A stretch of DNA of 64,000 bases from Dehalococcoidia bacterium (GTDB lineage Bacteria > Chloroflexota > Dehalococcoidia > SM23-28-2): positions 22,294 through 86,293 of the forward strand of contig DAOUEZ010000033.1 in the NCBI GenBank assembly GCA_034429995.1, written 5' to 3'. Positions 8,712-18,056 of this stretch are shown in pieces (position 1 is the first letter of the stretch; each line of letters starts with the position of its first letter). The notes under the pieces are model-generated. The model was not told where the DNA came from. It made no database searches and saw nothing but the letters and a program-made list of their open reading frames with translations. The translations under genes were made by a program, and so were the position numbers.

Positions 8712-10088
8712 CTACATCCCCGCGAACTGCTTGATGCAGACGATAGAGCAGTCGCGACCGTGGATTCGCTCTGCCTCGGCCACGGCCTCCTCGACGCTGG
8801 CGGTCGGGATGAAGCCCACGTGTCGTGGCACCGCCGGGTCCTCCGCTCCAGCCACGAATACGCGAGCCGCGTGTCGCAGGCGCTTCAGTGGATGCGTCGC
8901 CAGTATCCCATGCACCGGGTGGAAGGCATAGCCGTTGCGGTAGCGCTCGATATAGTCGGCCCGACTGGCGAACTCGTCCATGAAGCGAGCGGTAATCTCG
9001 TACGGGTCGAGGGTCTCCGGCAGCACTCGGTTCCACACCTCCGGGTACGAGGGATGATGCTCCATATCCCAGTCCTCTGGGCAAGGCGTGGCCATGATCA
9101 CCGAGCAGCCTGGCTTGCCCAGAGCCTCGATGTAGCCCCCCAGGTAGCCAAGCCCGGAAGAGATCAGGGTTAGAATGGGGTTCATACGAGCGAAGGTGGC
9201 ATATGGGCTCCAGGCTGGAAGCCCGTAGATCACCACGTCAGCGGGGTCGGTGGCGGCACGCCGTGGCTGGTACAGCGAAGCCTGTACCTCAAGCGCTGCG
9301 GCCCGCGTCTCGTCCACGCCGCCGGCAAACACACGTCCGATGGTCGCCGGGTTAGCCAGCAACGTCTCCACCTTAAACACTCGGCGGCCCAGCCTTGACT
9401 CCAGATGCCGGCCCATCTCATCGAAGACGGCGTGCATCCGGTTGCCCCGCACAGACATCGTCATGCCGTCCGGCGTATGCGTCCAGCGAATGGAGCGCCA
9501 GGTGGACAGCCCAACGCAGACCGATTTCCAGCCGCCATTGAAGCCCAGGTAGCAGGCGGCATTGATGTACACAGTCAAGTCCGACTCCGCTACCAGGCGA
9601 TGAACCTCCACATCATATCCATTGGGCGTTTTGCCCATGTACACGAGGTTGTCCGGGTCTTCGGCATCCTGGCAGCTCAGACGCGATCCGAAGCGCTGCA
9701 CCAGCTCCTGCCCCAGGATGGTCGCTAGCTCCTGGTGCGTCCACCTGCGGTGGAGTCCGTTGGCGCAAACGAGCGAGACGTTCTCCTCAGGCACACCGGC
9801 TTCCGCCAGCTCTTCCAGGATTGCTTCGATGGCCAATCGCCTGACGGGACCGAACGACGGCGCTGTCGGATCGTCGAAGGCAATAAGCACCCGAGCCCCG
9901 GGACGAACCAGTTGGCCGACGCGGGGCAGGCCCAGCGGCTCCGCCAGCGCAGCTCGAACGGCCGCCTCTTGATCTGCCACCGGCTCCAGACGGGGCCCCC
10001 GACGCTCGCCGCCTACCAGTCGGGTGCGGTCGGGAAGGCTCACGTCTATGTTCGTGTTACCAAAGACCAGCGACTGTTCGATCATCAT
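8712..10088 (-). CDS. Second LarA-like racemase/epimerase paralog (DUF2088 + LarA C-terminal domain).
   Basis: 'RVLIAFDDPTAP...' N-terminal LarA-like core. GGAGGAGG RBS immediately upstream of ATGATG at 10088. Paralogous to 3854..5131. Confidence 0.65.
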   Translation of the reverse strand: MMIEQSLVFGNTNIDVSLPDRTRLVGGERRGPRLEPVADQEAAVRAALAEPLGLPRVGQLVRPGARVLIAFDDPTAPSFGPVRRLAIEAILEELAEAGVPEENVSLVCANGLHRRWTHQELATILGQELVQRFGSRLSCQDAEDPDNLVYMGKTPNGYDVEVHRLVAESDLTVYINAACYLGFNGGWKSVCVGLSTWRSIRWTHTPDGMTMSVRGNRMHAVFDEMGRHLESRLGRRVFKVETLLANPATIGRVFAGGVDETRAAALEVQASLYQPRRAATDPADVVIYGLPAWSPYATFARMNPILTLISSGLGYLGGYIEALGKPGCSVIMATPCPEDWDMEHHPSYPEVWNRVLPETLDPYEITARFMDEFASRADYIERYRNGYAFHPVHGILATHPLKRLRHAARVFVAGAEDPAVPRHVGFIPTASVEEAVAEAERIHGRDCSIVCIKQFAGM

Positions 10089-10328
10089 CGCGCCTCCTCC
10101 CAGTCTGCACCTGATTCTAGCGGCCGACACCTGGTCAGGCAAGAAGTGCGGTTCGTCAGCGACTTCCGAACTCTGTATAAGCGGTTCCTAGTGAGCACCT
10201 GGGGGGGCCGCCTGCTTTTCCCTCAGGCCGTGGTGGGCTGCCGCTAGCCCCCACATTTCGGCCGTGCAAGGCAGCCCGTCCAGCAGGGCGCATCGTGCAT
10301 CCCAGAAATTTCTGGCAACGATTTTCTA

Positions 10329-10356
10329 TTGACACCAACTCGACCAGCGATAACAT
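10329..10356 (+). promoter_or_regulatory. Candidate sigma70-type promoter upstream of the hopanoid operon (TTGACA-N16-TAACAT).
   Basis: 'ttgacaccaactcgaccagcgataacat' lies in the 430-nt intergenic region ~220 nt upstream of hpnC. Sequence match only. Confidence 0.3.
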
Positions 10357-10574
10357 GTTGGCCAAGGAAGAAGAGGGGAGGCATTGCACAGGTAACTTAG
10401 CTTTTAACTGCTCGTCGCACGGATTGGGGCAGAGGCGGAAAGGGTTGGGTGCGTCCTTGGGTGGTGTAGAGGGAAAATCAGTCGCTATCGTTGTTGTGTT
10501 GTCGATGTAATCCCCGAAGTGCCTCCTAGAGACGCCCCGAGTTCTCCTTCCCCGTTGCCCGAACTCCTCGACCG

Positions 10575-11534
10575 TTGATGCCCGCCGTTCGACGGCGGGA
10601 GAAAGTATTGTTTGTGTCTGTCTGCCCGCCCACAAGGAGGCGACCGCTGGAACGGCAACCGGCGAACGCTCACACCACCGCTGAGGCGTTTATCTATTGT
10701 CAGCGGCTCGCTGTGAGCCACTACGAGAACTTCACCGTGGCCTCCTGGCTTCTTCCCAGGGCACTCCGCCAGCACGTCTATGCTGTCTACGCCTTCTGCC
10801 GCCACGTGGACGACCTGGGCGATGAAGCGCCGGGCGACCGGCTGAGCCTGCTGGACGACTGGCAGACGGAGCTGGAGCGTTGCTACCACTCGACGCCCCG
10901 CCATCCCATCCTCATGGCCCTTCGGGAGACCATTCGCTGTTTTGCTATCCCGCCAGAGCCCTTCCTCAAGCTCATCGAGGCCAACCGCATGGACCAGCGC
11001 ACAAGCCGCTACCCCACCTTCGAGGAACTCCTCCACTACTGCGATCATTCCGCCAACCCCGTCGGCCACCTGTTCCTCTATCTCTTCAGCTATGCGGACG
11101 CTGAGCGCCAGGGTCTCGCCGATGCCACCTGCACCGCCTTACAGCTCACCAACTTCTGGCAGGACATCGCTGTCGATCTGGGCAAAGGCCGGGTGTACAT
11201 ACCGCTGGAAGATATGGCCCGCTTCGGCTACTCCGAGGAGGAGCTGGAGCGAGGCATCATAAACGATGGCTTCCGTGCTCTTATGGCCTTCGAGGTCGGC
11301 CGAACAAGGGAGTTGTTCGCCAAAGGGCTGGGGCTCCTGGACATGGTGGATGGCCGTCTGAAGGTGGACCTCAAGCTGTTCAGCCTGGGTGGCCTAGCTG
11401 TCCTGGAAGCCCTCGAGAGGAACGACTACGATGTCTTTCGTCGGCGGCCGCGGCTTTCGCGCTGGCAAAAGGCCGCCCTCTTCGTCCGCGGCCTCCTGCC
11501 CGGCCGGCCAGCAGTGAAAACCTGGAGGAGATGA
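10575..11534 (+). CDS. hpnC: Hydroxysqualene synthase HpnC (squalene/phytoene synthase family). Exact start uncertain.
   Basis: 'YENFTVASWLLP' and 'YCDHSANPVGHL' match HpnC-type signatures (SANPVG). First gene of the tandem hpnC-hpnD pair. Confidence 0.7.
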   Translation: MMPAVRRREKVLFVSVCPPTRRRPLERQPANAHTTAEAFIYCQRLAVSHYENFTVASWLLPRALRQHVYAVYAFCRHVDDLGDEAPGDRLSLLDDWQTELERCYHSTPRHPILMALRETIRCFAIPPEPFLKLIEANRMDQRTSRYPTFEELLHYCDHSANPVGHLFLYLFSYADAERQGLADATCTALQLTNFWQDIAVDLGKGRVYIPLEDMARFGYSEEELERGIINDGFRALMAFEVGRTRELFAKGLGLLDMVDGRLKVDLKLFSLGGLAVLEALERNDYDVFRRRPRLSRWQKAALFVRGLLPGRPAVKTWRR

Positions 11535-11537
11535 TCT

Positions 11538-12398
11538 GTGGAAGGCTCAGTGCAGGGAGCCTACCGATACTGCCAAGAGCTAGCTAAGCGGGAGGCAAGA
11601 AACTTCTACTACGGCTTTATCCTCTTGCCGCCTGCAAAGAGACAGGCTATCTACGCCGTCTACGCATTCGCCCGCCGCTGCGACGACATTGTGGACGACG
11701 ACCTGGAGCCGGAGGAAAAGGTCCGACAACTGGCCGAATATCGTCGCCGGTTGGAGCAATGCCTGCACGGCCAGCCCTCCGGCCCCACCTTCCTGGCCCT
11801 GCAGGATACCATCCGCCGATACGGTATCCCACCTGAGTACTTCTGGCAGCTCATCGACGGTGTGGAGATGGACCTGACCGTACGCCGTTACCCCACCTTC
11901 GCTGAACTGCGCCGCTACTGCTACGGCGTTGCCTCCACTGTGGGCCTCATCAGCATCGAGATCTTCGGCTATCGCGACGGCCAGCAAGCCCGCCAGCACG
12001 CTGAAGACCTGGGTATTGCCTTGCAGCTTACAAACATCCTGCGGGATATCCGCGAGGACGCTCACAGGGGCCGCATCTACATCCCCCAGGACGAAATGGA
12101 GCGCTTCCGCTATTCGGAAGCCGACATCTTTAACGGCATCGTCAATGAACCGTCTCTGCACCTCATGCAGTTCCAGGTGGAGCGAGCGCGCGAGTACTTC
12201 GAGCGGGGGCGAAAGCTGCTGCCTCTCCTCCCTCGTCGCTCCCGCGCCTGCACAGCCGTCCTCCAGGGCATCTACAGCAGGATCTTGGAACGTATCGAGG
12301 CTCAGCCGTCCGCTGTGCTGCGAGAGCGCGTGAGTCTAAGTGGCAGCCAGAAGCTAGCCCTGGCTGGCCGGGAGCTTGTTCGGAGCCTGGTGACGTGA
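11538..12398 (+). CDS. hpnD: Presqualene diphosphate synthase HpnD (squalene/phytoene synthase family).
   Basis: 'YCYGVASTVGLISIEIFG' and DxxxD-containing regions are typical of HpnD/CrtB-type enzymes. GTG start 4 nt after the hpnC stop. Confidence 0.7.
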   Translation: MEGSVQGAYRYCQELAKREARNFYYGFILLPPAKRQAIYAVYAFARRCDDIVDDDLEPEEKVRQLAEYRRRLEQCLHGQPSGPTFLALQDTIRRYGIPPEYFWQLIDGVEMDLTVRRYPTFAELRRYCYGVASTVGLISIEIFGYRDGQQARQHAEDLGIALQLTNILRDIREDAHRGRIYIPQDEMERFRYSEADIFNGIVNEPSLHLMQFQVERAREYFERGRKLLPLLPRRSRACTAVLQGIYSRILERIEAQPSAVLRERVSLSGSQKLALAGRELVRSLVT

Positions 12399-13846
12399 CT
12401 GAGGGGAAGCCGCAGGTAATCATCATCGGCGGTGGCCTGGCTGGCCTGGCGGCGGCCTGTGAGCTAGCGGAGCACGGGTACAAAGCCGTCCTCGCTGAGC
12501 GGCGGCCCTCCCTGGGCGGTCGCGCCTACTCCTTTTCCGACCCTCAGGGGAAGGGAGAGGTAGACAATGGCCAGCACGTGTTCCTGAAATGCTGCACCTA
12601 TTACATCCGCTTCCTCCAGAAGCTAGGTGTTTGGCACAAGGTCGACCTGCAGAAGCAATTGCGGGTGACCGTCATCGATCCCCACACGGGGGCCAGCACC
12701 CTGGCGAGCTCTTCTCTCCCCGCTCCCTTCCATCTCCTGCCCTCCTTCCTGCGCTTTCGCCACCTCTCCCCTCTGGACAAGGCGCGGGCGGCCTACGCCA
12801 TGCTCTCCATCCTTTTCAGCGACCGGACGAGGAACAATAAGCTCGACTCCATCAGCTTCTATCGCTGGCTAAAGAACCACGGCCAGACCGAGGCAGCTAT
12901 CGACCGCTTCTGGAACCTGATCGTTCTCGCTACCCTCAACGACGACATTCGAAGGGTCAGCGCCGACCTGGCGATGATGGTCTTTCAGGAGGGTTTCTTG
13001 AAGCGGGCAGACGGGGCCAACGTTGGCTACGCGGCGGTGGGGCTTACCAGCCTCGTCGGCAGGGAGGCCCGCCGCTACATTGAGGAGCGAGGCGGTCGTG
13101 TCATCCTGGGCCAAAAGACGGAAGAGCTCTTGCTGGAGAGAAAGCGCATAGGGGGCGCCAGGCTCGCCGACGGCAGCATCCTGCAGGGGGAATGGTACGT
13201 CTGCGCGGTGCCCCACGAGATGCTCCTGACCGTCATTCCGCCTAGCCTCCGCAGCGACCCCTTTTTCCGACGGGCGAACAAGCTCACTACAACCCCCATC
13301 GTCAACATCCACCTCTGGTACGACCGGCCGGTCATGGACCTCGACTTCGCCGCCTTCATCAATAGCGAGGCGCAATGGGTGTTCAACAAAAGCAAGATGT
13401 GGCATCTGGCCGGCGATGGCCAGTACTTGGACGTCTCCCTCAGCGGGGCGCGGCACTACATCGACCTACCCAAGGAAGAGCTCATCGAGCGCTTCACGGG
13501 CGAGCTTCGCAGGCTCTTCCCCAGGGCTCGCCAGGCACGGGTAGAGCGCTGCCTGGTGGTGAAGCAGCGACAGGCCACCTTCGCTGCCGTGGCAGGCTCC
13601 GGCAAGTACCGCCTGCCCTGTCGTACGCCCATCGAAAACCTCTTCCTGGCTGGCGATTGGACAGCCACGGGATGGCCGGCCACTATGGAGAGCGCTGTCC
13701 GGAGCGGCGTTGCCTGCGCCAGAGAGATACGTCGTCTCGCGCCTCAGGCCGCACAGAAAGGAGGTGATCAAGAGACTCTCGACACTTCCACCGAGACCCG
13801 ATCAAGAAGCAATCTTCATCTGTCATCCGTTAGGAGCAAGTCATGA
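12395..13846 (+). CDS. hpnE: Hydroxysqualene dehydroxylase HpnE (FAD-dependent amine-oxidase-like).
   Basis: N-terminal 'VIIIGGGLAGLAAACELAEHGYKAVLAERRPSLGGRAYSF' FAD-binding fold. GTGA start/stop overlap with hpnD, implying translational coupling. Position after hpnCD. Confidence 0.7.
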   Translation: MTEGKPQVIIIGGGLAGLAAACELAEHGYKAVLAERRPSLGGRAYSFSDPQGKGEVDNGQHVFLKCCTYYIRFLQKLGVWHKVDLQKQLRVTVIDPHTGASTLASSSLPAPFHLLPSFLRFRHLSPLDKARAAYAMLSILFSDRTRNNKLDSISFYRWLKNHGQTEAAIDRFWNLIVLATLNDDIRRVSADLAMMVFQEGFLKRADGANVGYAAVGLTSLVGREARRYIEERGGRVILGQKTEELLLERKRIGGARLADGSILQGEWYVCAVPHEMLLTVIPPSLRSDPFFRRANKLTTTPIVNIHLWYDRPVMDLDFAAFINSEAQWVFNKSKMWHLAGDGQYLDVSLSGARHYIDLPKEELIERFTGELRRLFPRARQARVERCLVVKQRQATFAAVAGSGKYRLPCRTPIENLFLAGDWTATGWPATMESAVRSGVACAREIRRLAPQAAQKGGDQETLDTSTETRSRSNLHLSSVRSKS

Positions 13847-15174
13847 AGATCAAGAAAGCTAAAGCCCTAGGTTTTTGCTTCGGAGTGCGCCGAGCCATCG
13901 AGGTCGTAGAACGAGGGGCGGAAGAGTATGGGCCTATCGACAGCCTGGGCTCAATAGTGCACAATCCGGAAGTGGTCAAACGCCTGGCTGCCAAGGGCGT
14001 TGATGTAGTGAATGGGCTAGAGCATGTCCAGAACGGCACCGTCGCTATCACCGCCCATGGCGCCAGACCCGAAGTGACGCACGAGGCGGCGGCGCGAGGG
14101 CTACACCTGGTCGATGCCACCTGCCCCATCGTGCGCAGGTTGCAGAAGATGGCCCAGCGCCTGCAGGCCGGCGGCTTCCAGGTGTTGATCTACGGTGACG
14201 AGCATCACCCAGAGGTGCGAGCCGTCCTGGCCTGGACCAATGGCGATGGCTCTGCCTTGCAGGACCCGGAGGCGCCTCTGGCGATTCGCCGACGCAAGGT
14301 GGCTCTCCTCTCCCAGACCACCAAGAGCGCGGAATCCTTCACTGCTTTCGTGGCCAAGTTCATGACCAAACATATCGGCTGCATAAACGAACTGCGGGTC
14401 ATCAACACCACCTGTCCCGAGACCGAGGAGCGTTACCAGGCGGCGCGCGAGCTGGCCAAGGAATGCGACCTCCTTATCGTTGTAGGCGGCAGGACCAGCG
14501 CTAACACCCGCAAGCTGGCCGATACCTGTATCGCTACGGGCGTGGAGACCCAACAGGTGGAGACGGCTGCCGAGATCGACCCTGCCTGGCTGGTGGGCAA
14601 AGACTCGGTTGGGGTGACCGCCGGCGCTTCCACCCCCGACGAGTCCATCGACCAGGTTGTGCAGCACCTTCAGGAGCTGGCCAGCCAGCGCCATAGAGCC
14701 GTGAGCGAACAGCGCGAGGGCTTGCCGGGTGTGAAGTTTTCCTTCCGCAGCCTTACGATTCGCACAGACAAGGGGCCGCAGTTCATCGACATCACCGACG
14801 GGGTCGCTAGCCTTGCCCAAGAGTCGACCATCCGCAACGGGTTTGCCATCGTCTTCACTCGCCACACGACGGCAGCCATTCGCATCAACGAGAACGAACC
14901 CCTGCTCTTACGTGACATGGAGGAGTTCCTAGGGAAGGTTGCTCCCGCCCATGTCTACTACAACCACAATGACTTCAGTCGTCGCACCGCCAACATGACC
15001 GATAACGAGCAGCCCAACGGCCATGCCCACTGCCAGCAACTCCTCCTGGGGGCAAGCGAGGCCATCCCTATCGTCGCTGGCCAGCTCCTCCTCGGGCAGT
15101 GGCAACGCCTCTTCCTGGTGGAGCTCGACCGGGGCCGGGAGCGGGAGGTCGTGGTTCAGTTGGTGGGAGAGTAG
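13843..15174 (+). CDS. ispH: 4-hydroxy-3-methylbut-2-enyl diphosphate reductase (IspH/LytB) fused to a C-terminal YjbQ/UPF0047 domain; 443 aa.
   Basis: N-terminal ~300 aa has IspH hallmarks ('GFCFGVRRAIE', 'ATCPIV', 'NTTCPETEE'). The C-terminal ~130 aa ('IVFTRHTTAAIRINENEPLLLRDMEEFL...HAHCQQLLLGASEAIPIVAGQLLLGQWQRLFLVELDRGREREVVV') matches the YjbQ/UPF0047 pattern. AGGAG RBS upstream. Confidence 0.75.
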   Translation: MKIKKAKALGFCFGVRRAIEVVERGAEEYGPIDSLGSIVHNPEVVKRLAAKGVDVVNGLEHVQNGTVAITAHGARPEVTHEAAARGLHLVDATCPIVRRLQKMAQRLQAGGFQVLIYGDEHHPEVRAVLAWTNGDGSALQDPEAPLAIRRRKVALLSQTTKSAESFTAFVAKFMTKHIGCINELRVINTTCPETEERYQAARELAKECDLLIVVGGRTSANTRKLADTCIATGVETQQVETAAEIDPAWLVGKDSVGVTAGASTPDESIDQVVQHLQELASQRHRAVSEQREGLPGVKFSFRSLTIRTDKGPQFIDITDGVASLAQESTIRNGFAIVFTRHTTAAIRINENEPLLLRDMEEFLGKVAPAHVYYNHNDFSRRTANMTDNEQPNGHAHCQQLLLGASEAIPIVAGQLLLGQWQRLFLVELDRGREREVVVQLVGE

Positions 15175-15175
15175 G

Positions 15176-16204
15176 ATGGAACTGCCCAACCTTTTCGCCC
15201 GTTATCGCATCGAGCTGGAGGAGTATCTCCGATCGGCCCTGCCAGAGAGCAGCCCGGCGCTCCTCTATCGCATGATGCGCTACCACCTTGGCTGGGAGGA
15301 CGAGCAGGGCCGCCCCCTGGCCGAGGGCGCGGGGAAGGCTCTCCGTCCCACCCTTTGTCTCTGGGCCTGTCAGGCAGCAGGCGGTGACTGGCGAACCGCC
15401 CTACCAGCGGCCGCTGCCCTGGAACTGGCGCACAACTTCTCCCTCGTACATGACGACATCCAGGATGCCGACAGAGAGCGGCGCCATCGACCGACCGTCT
15501 GGAGCCTGTGGGGCCAGCCCCAGGCGATCAATGCCGGCGATAGTCTGCTGATCTTGGGCCGTCTTGTCATGTTGCGATTGGAGGAGCGAGGCGTAGCCCC
15601 GGCTAAGGTCATCGAGGCCTGTCGCGTACTGGACGAGGCCTGCCTGGAGATGATCAAAGGACAATGCTTGGATATCAGCTTCGAAGATGAGCGAGAGGTG
15701 AGTGTGGAGGCCTACCTGGACATGATCGCCAGGAAGACGGGCGCCCTCCTGGGAGCTTCCCTGCATCTGGGTGCCCTCGTGGCCATCGATGACGAGCCGC
15801 AGGTGAAACGCTTCGCCCGCTGCGGCCACCTCCTCGGCCTAGCCTTCCAGATTCGCGATGATATCCTGGGCGTCTGGGGCGCTGCCGATGTCACCGGCAA
15901 GCCAGTCGCGGCCGATATTCGCCGCCGCAAGAAGTCACTGCCGGTAGTCTACGCCATGGCCGTGGCCCAGGCTGAGGAGCGCGAGCAGTTGCTCCGAGTC
16001 TACAGCCAGGGGACGCCAAGTGACGAGGAGGTAAGTATTGTCCTCCAACTGTTAGACAGCCACAGAGCCTACGACTACTGCCAGCAGATGGCTCAAGAGC
16101 GCATTGAGGAAGCCCTGGCGGAGCTGGCACAGGTGGACATGGAGCCGACAGCCCGGCGCGAGTTCGAGGCGGTGGCCAAGTTCCTGCTGGAGCGAGAATT
16201 CTAG
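15176..16204 (+). CDS. Polyprenyl diphosphate synthase (FPP/GGPP synthase family).
   Basis: Two Asp-rich motifs, 'LVHDDIQDAD' and 'FQIRDDILG'. ATG 1 nt after the ispH stop; the ORF-track N-terminal extension overlapping ispH was rejected. Confidence 0.8.
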   Translation: MELPNLFARYRIELEEYLRSALPESSPALLYRMMRYHLGWEDEQGRPLAEGAGKALRPTLCLWACQAAGGDWRTALPAAAALELAHNFSLVHDDIQDADRERRHRPTVWSLWGQPQAINAGDSLLILGRLVMLRLEERGVAPAKVIEACRVLDEACLEMIKGQCLDISFEDEREVSVEAYLDMIARKTGALLGASLHLGALVAIDDEPQVKRFARCGHLLGLAFQIRDDILGVWGAADVTGKPVAADIRRRKKSLPVVYAMAVAQAEEREQLLRVYSQGTPSDEEVSIVLQLLDSHRAYDYCQQMAQERIEEALAELAQVDMEPTARREFEAVAKFLLEREF

Positions 16205-16240
16205 GAGCATGGCGAATCCGCCGATGTCGAGGGGAGTTGC

Positions 16241-17257
16241 ATGGCCGGACAACCTGTGGAGCTAGCTCTGAAGCTGACCCGCTACCTTATCGAGAACAAG
16301 ATTCGAGGGCGCCGCCGCTTTCCCCTTACCATGATCCTCGAGCCCTTGGAGAAGTGCAATCTGGCCTGCGAGGGCTGCGGCCGCATTCGAGAGTACGCGC
16401 CGGTCATCGACCGGATGATGACAGTGGAAGAGTGCCTGACCGCGGTGGAGGAATGCGGGGCACCGGTGGTCTCTATCGCTGGAGGCGAGCCCCTAATGCA
16501 CCCCGATATCGACCGGATCGTAGAAGGCATCGTCCGCCAGAAGCGCTTCGTCTACCTGTGCACCAACGCCCTCCTCATGAAGCGAGCGCTGACAACCCTA
16601 GACCCGTCTCCTTACCTCAGCTTTGTCGTCCATCTCGACGGCCTGCGCGAAACCCATGACCGCTCGGTGGGCCGCCGGGGCGTCTACGACGTGGCGGTCA
16701 CCGCCATCCGGCTGGCTCGCCGGGCAGGCTTCCGAGTCTGCACCAACACCACCCTCTATAGCGGCGTCCAGCCGCGGGAGTTTCAGGCGCTGTTCGCCAT
16801 GCTCACCAGAATGGGCGTCGAGGGGATCATGGTCTCGCCGGCGTTCCAATTTGAGGAGGTCGCTACGAAGGACATCTTCCTGGCCCGCCAGCAGGCCATC
16901 GAGTTCTTTCAGTCCATCTTTGAAGGATGCCGAAACGGTACCCGCTTCTACAACAACCCCCTCTATCTGGACTTTCTCCAGGGCAAGCGCCGCTACCAGT
17001 GCACGCCGTGGACGGTCCCCACCCGCACGCCCTTGGGCTGGCGCCAGCCCTGCTATCTCATCGCCGACCAGCACGTGGGCACCTTCGCTGAGCTTATGGA
17101 GAGCACCCCCTGGGAACGCTACGGCTTTGGCCGAGACCCCCGCTGTGCCAGTTGCATGATGCACTGCGGCTACGAGGGCTCGGCGATCCTGGAGGCCCTG
17201 GAGAAGCCAGCAGCGGCATGGGAAATGGCGAGGCGAGTGCTCTTCCCTTCTAGGTAA
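16241..17257 (+). CDS. hpnH: Hopanoid-associated radical SAM protein HpnH (adenosylhopane synthase).
   Basis: 'CNLACEGCG' radical SAM cluster motif. N-terminal 'LTRYLIENKIRGRRRFPL' is typical of HpnH. Lies within the hopanoid locus. Confidence 0.75.
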   Translation: MAGQPVELALKLTRYLIENKIRGRRRFPLTMILEPLEKCNLACEGCGRIREYAPVIDRMMTVEECLTAVEECGAPVVSIAGGEPLMHPDIDRIVEGIVRQKRFVYLCTNALLMKRALTTLDPSPYLSFVVHLDGLRETHDRSVGRRGVYDVAVTAIRLARRAGFRVCTNTTLYSGVQPREFQALFAMLTRMGVEGIMVSPAFQFEEVATKDIFLARQQAIEFFQSIFEGCRNGTRFYNNPLYLDFLQGKRRYQCTPWTVPTRTPLGWRQPCYLIADQHVGTFAELMESTPWERYGFGRDPRCASCMMHCGYEGSAILEALEKPAAAWEMARRVLFPSR

Positions 17258-17267
17258 GAGCGAGACG

Positions 17268-18056
17268 ATGATCGCCATCGTCGCCGCCCTGGACACAGAG
17301 CTATCGGCCCTGGAAAGAAGGGCGAGGGTCAGGCGCTGGCCTTCGCCTGCTTGGCCACTCATCGGCGAAGGGACGCTCGCCGGAAGGCAAGTCCTGCTGG
17401 TGCGGACGGGGATGGGCTCTGCCCGCGCGCAGGAGGCCACCGCCGTCCTGATACAGCGCCACAATCCAGAGGCTATCCTGTCGATTGGTTTCGCTGGCTC
17501 CCTGGTGGACGGACTTCGGGCGGGCCATCTAGTCATCGCCCGCCAGGTATATGTCCTCTCGGAACCCCTCCATGGGGGACCGCTGGCGGTGTCCAATGGG
17601 CTAGCCTGCGACCCTGCACTGGTGGCATTGGCCCTGGCGGCGGCTGGACAAAGGAGACTGGCCTTCCGCGAGGGCGCATCTCTCACCGTCCCCCAGGTGG
17701 TCAGCCAGCCCGAAGTCAAGGTGCGAATTGGAGACAGTTTGCCAGTCGAGGTGGTGGAGATGGAGAGCTATTGGGTGAGCCGCGTTGCCGCCGACCAGGG
17801 CATTCCCTTCTTGGTTGCGCGAGCCGTCCTGGATGAAGTTGGCGACCGTCTGCCTGACCTGCCCAACATAGTCGACGAGGCTGGAGCGGTCGCCAAGGGT
17901 CGAGCCTTGCGCCAACTCCTCTCGCGACCACGGGAGGCACCAGGCCTCATCCGCCTGGCCGCCAGCGCCCGTCGGGCAAGCCAGAGGCTAGCCGTCTTCG
18001 CTGAAGCCTTTGTGGACGTCCTCGCCGCTTCGCGTTCGCTCGGGAGGCACCAATGA
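17268..18056 (+). CDS. hpnG: Hopanoid-associated nucleoside phosphorylase/nucleosidase HpnG.
   Basis: PNP/MTAN-fold-like 'MIAIVAALDTELSAL...' N-terminus. Sits between hpnH and shc, as in known hopanoid side-chain loci. Confidence 0.6.
   Translation: MIAIVAALDTELSALERRARVRRWPSPAWPLIGEGTLAGRQVLLVRTGMGSARAQEATAVLIQRHNPEAILSIGFAGSLVDGLRAGHLVIARQVYVLSEPLHGGPLAVSNGLACDPALVALALAAAGQRRLAFREGASLTVPQVVSQPEVKVRIGDSLPVEVVEMESYWVSRVAADQGIPFLVARAVLDEVGDRLPDLPNIVDEAGAVAKGRALRQLLSRPREAPGLIRLAASARRASQRLAVFAEAFVDVLAASRSLGRHQ

Noticed and set aside
10142-10575. Possible small gene or riboswitch in the 430-nt gap upstream of hpnC
   Set aside because: No ORF with an RBS and no recognisable RNA motif. Only a plausible -35/-10 pair was noted.
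14101-14865. 254-aa minus-strand ORF inside ispH
   Set aside because: Antisense to a gene with unambiguous IspH motifs. Composition is typical of a spurious GC-rich frame.
16598-17719. 373-aa minus-strand ORF spanning hpnH/hpnG
   Set aside because: Spans two well-supported plus-strand genes. Pro/Arg/Ala-rich and featureless.
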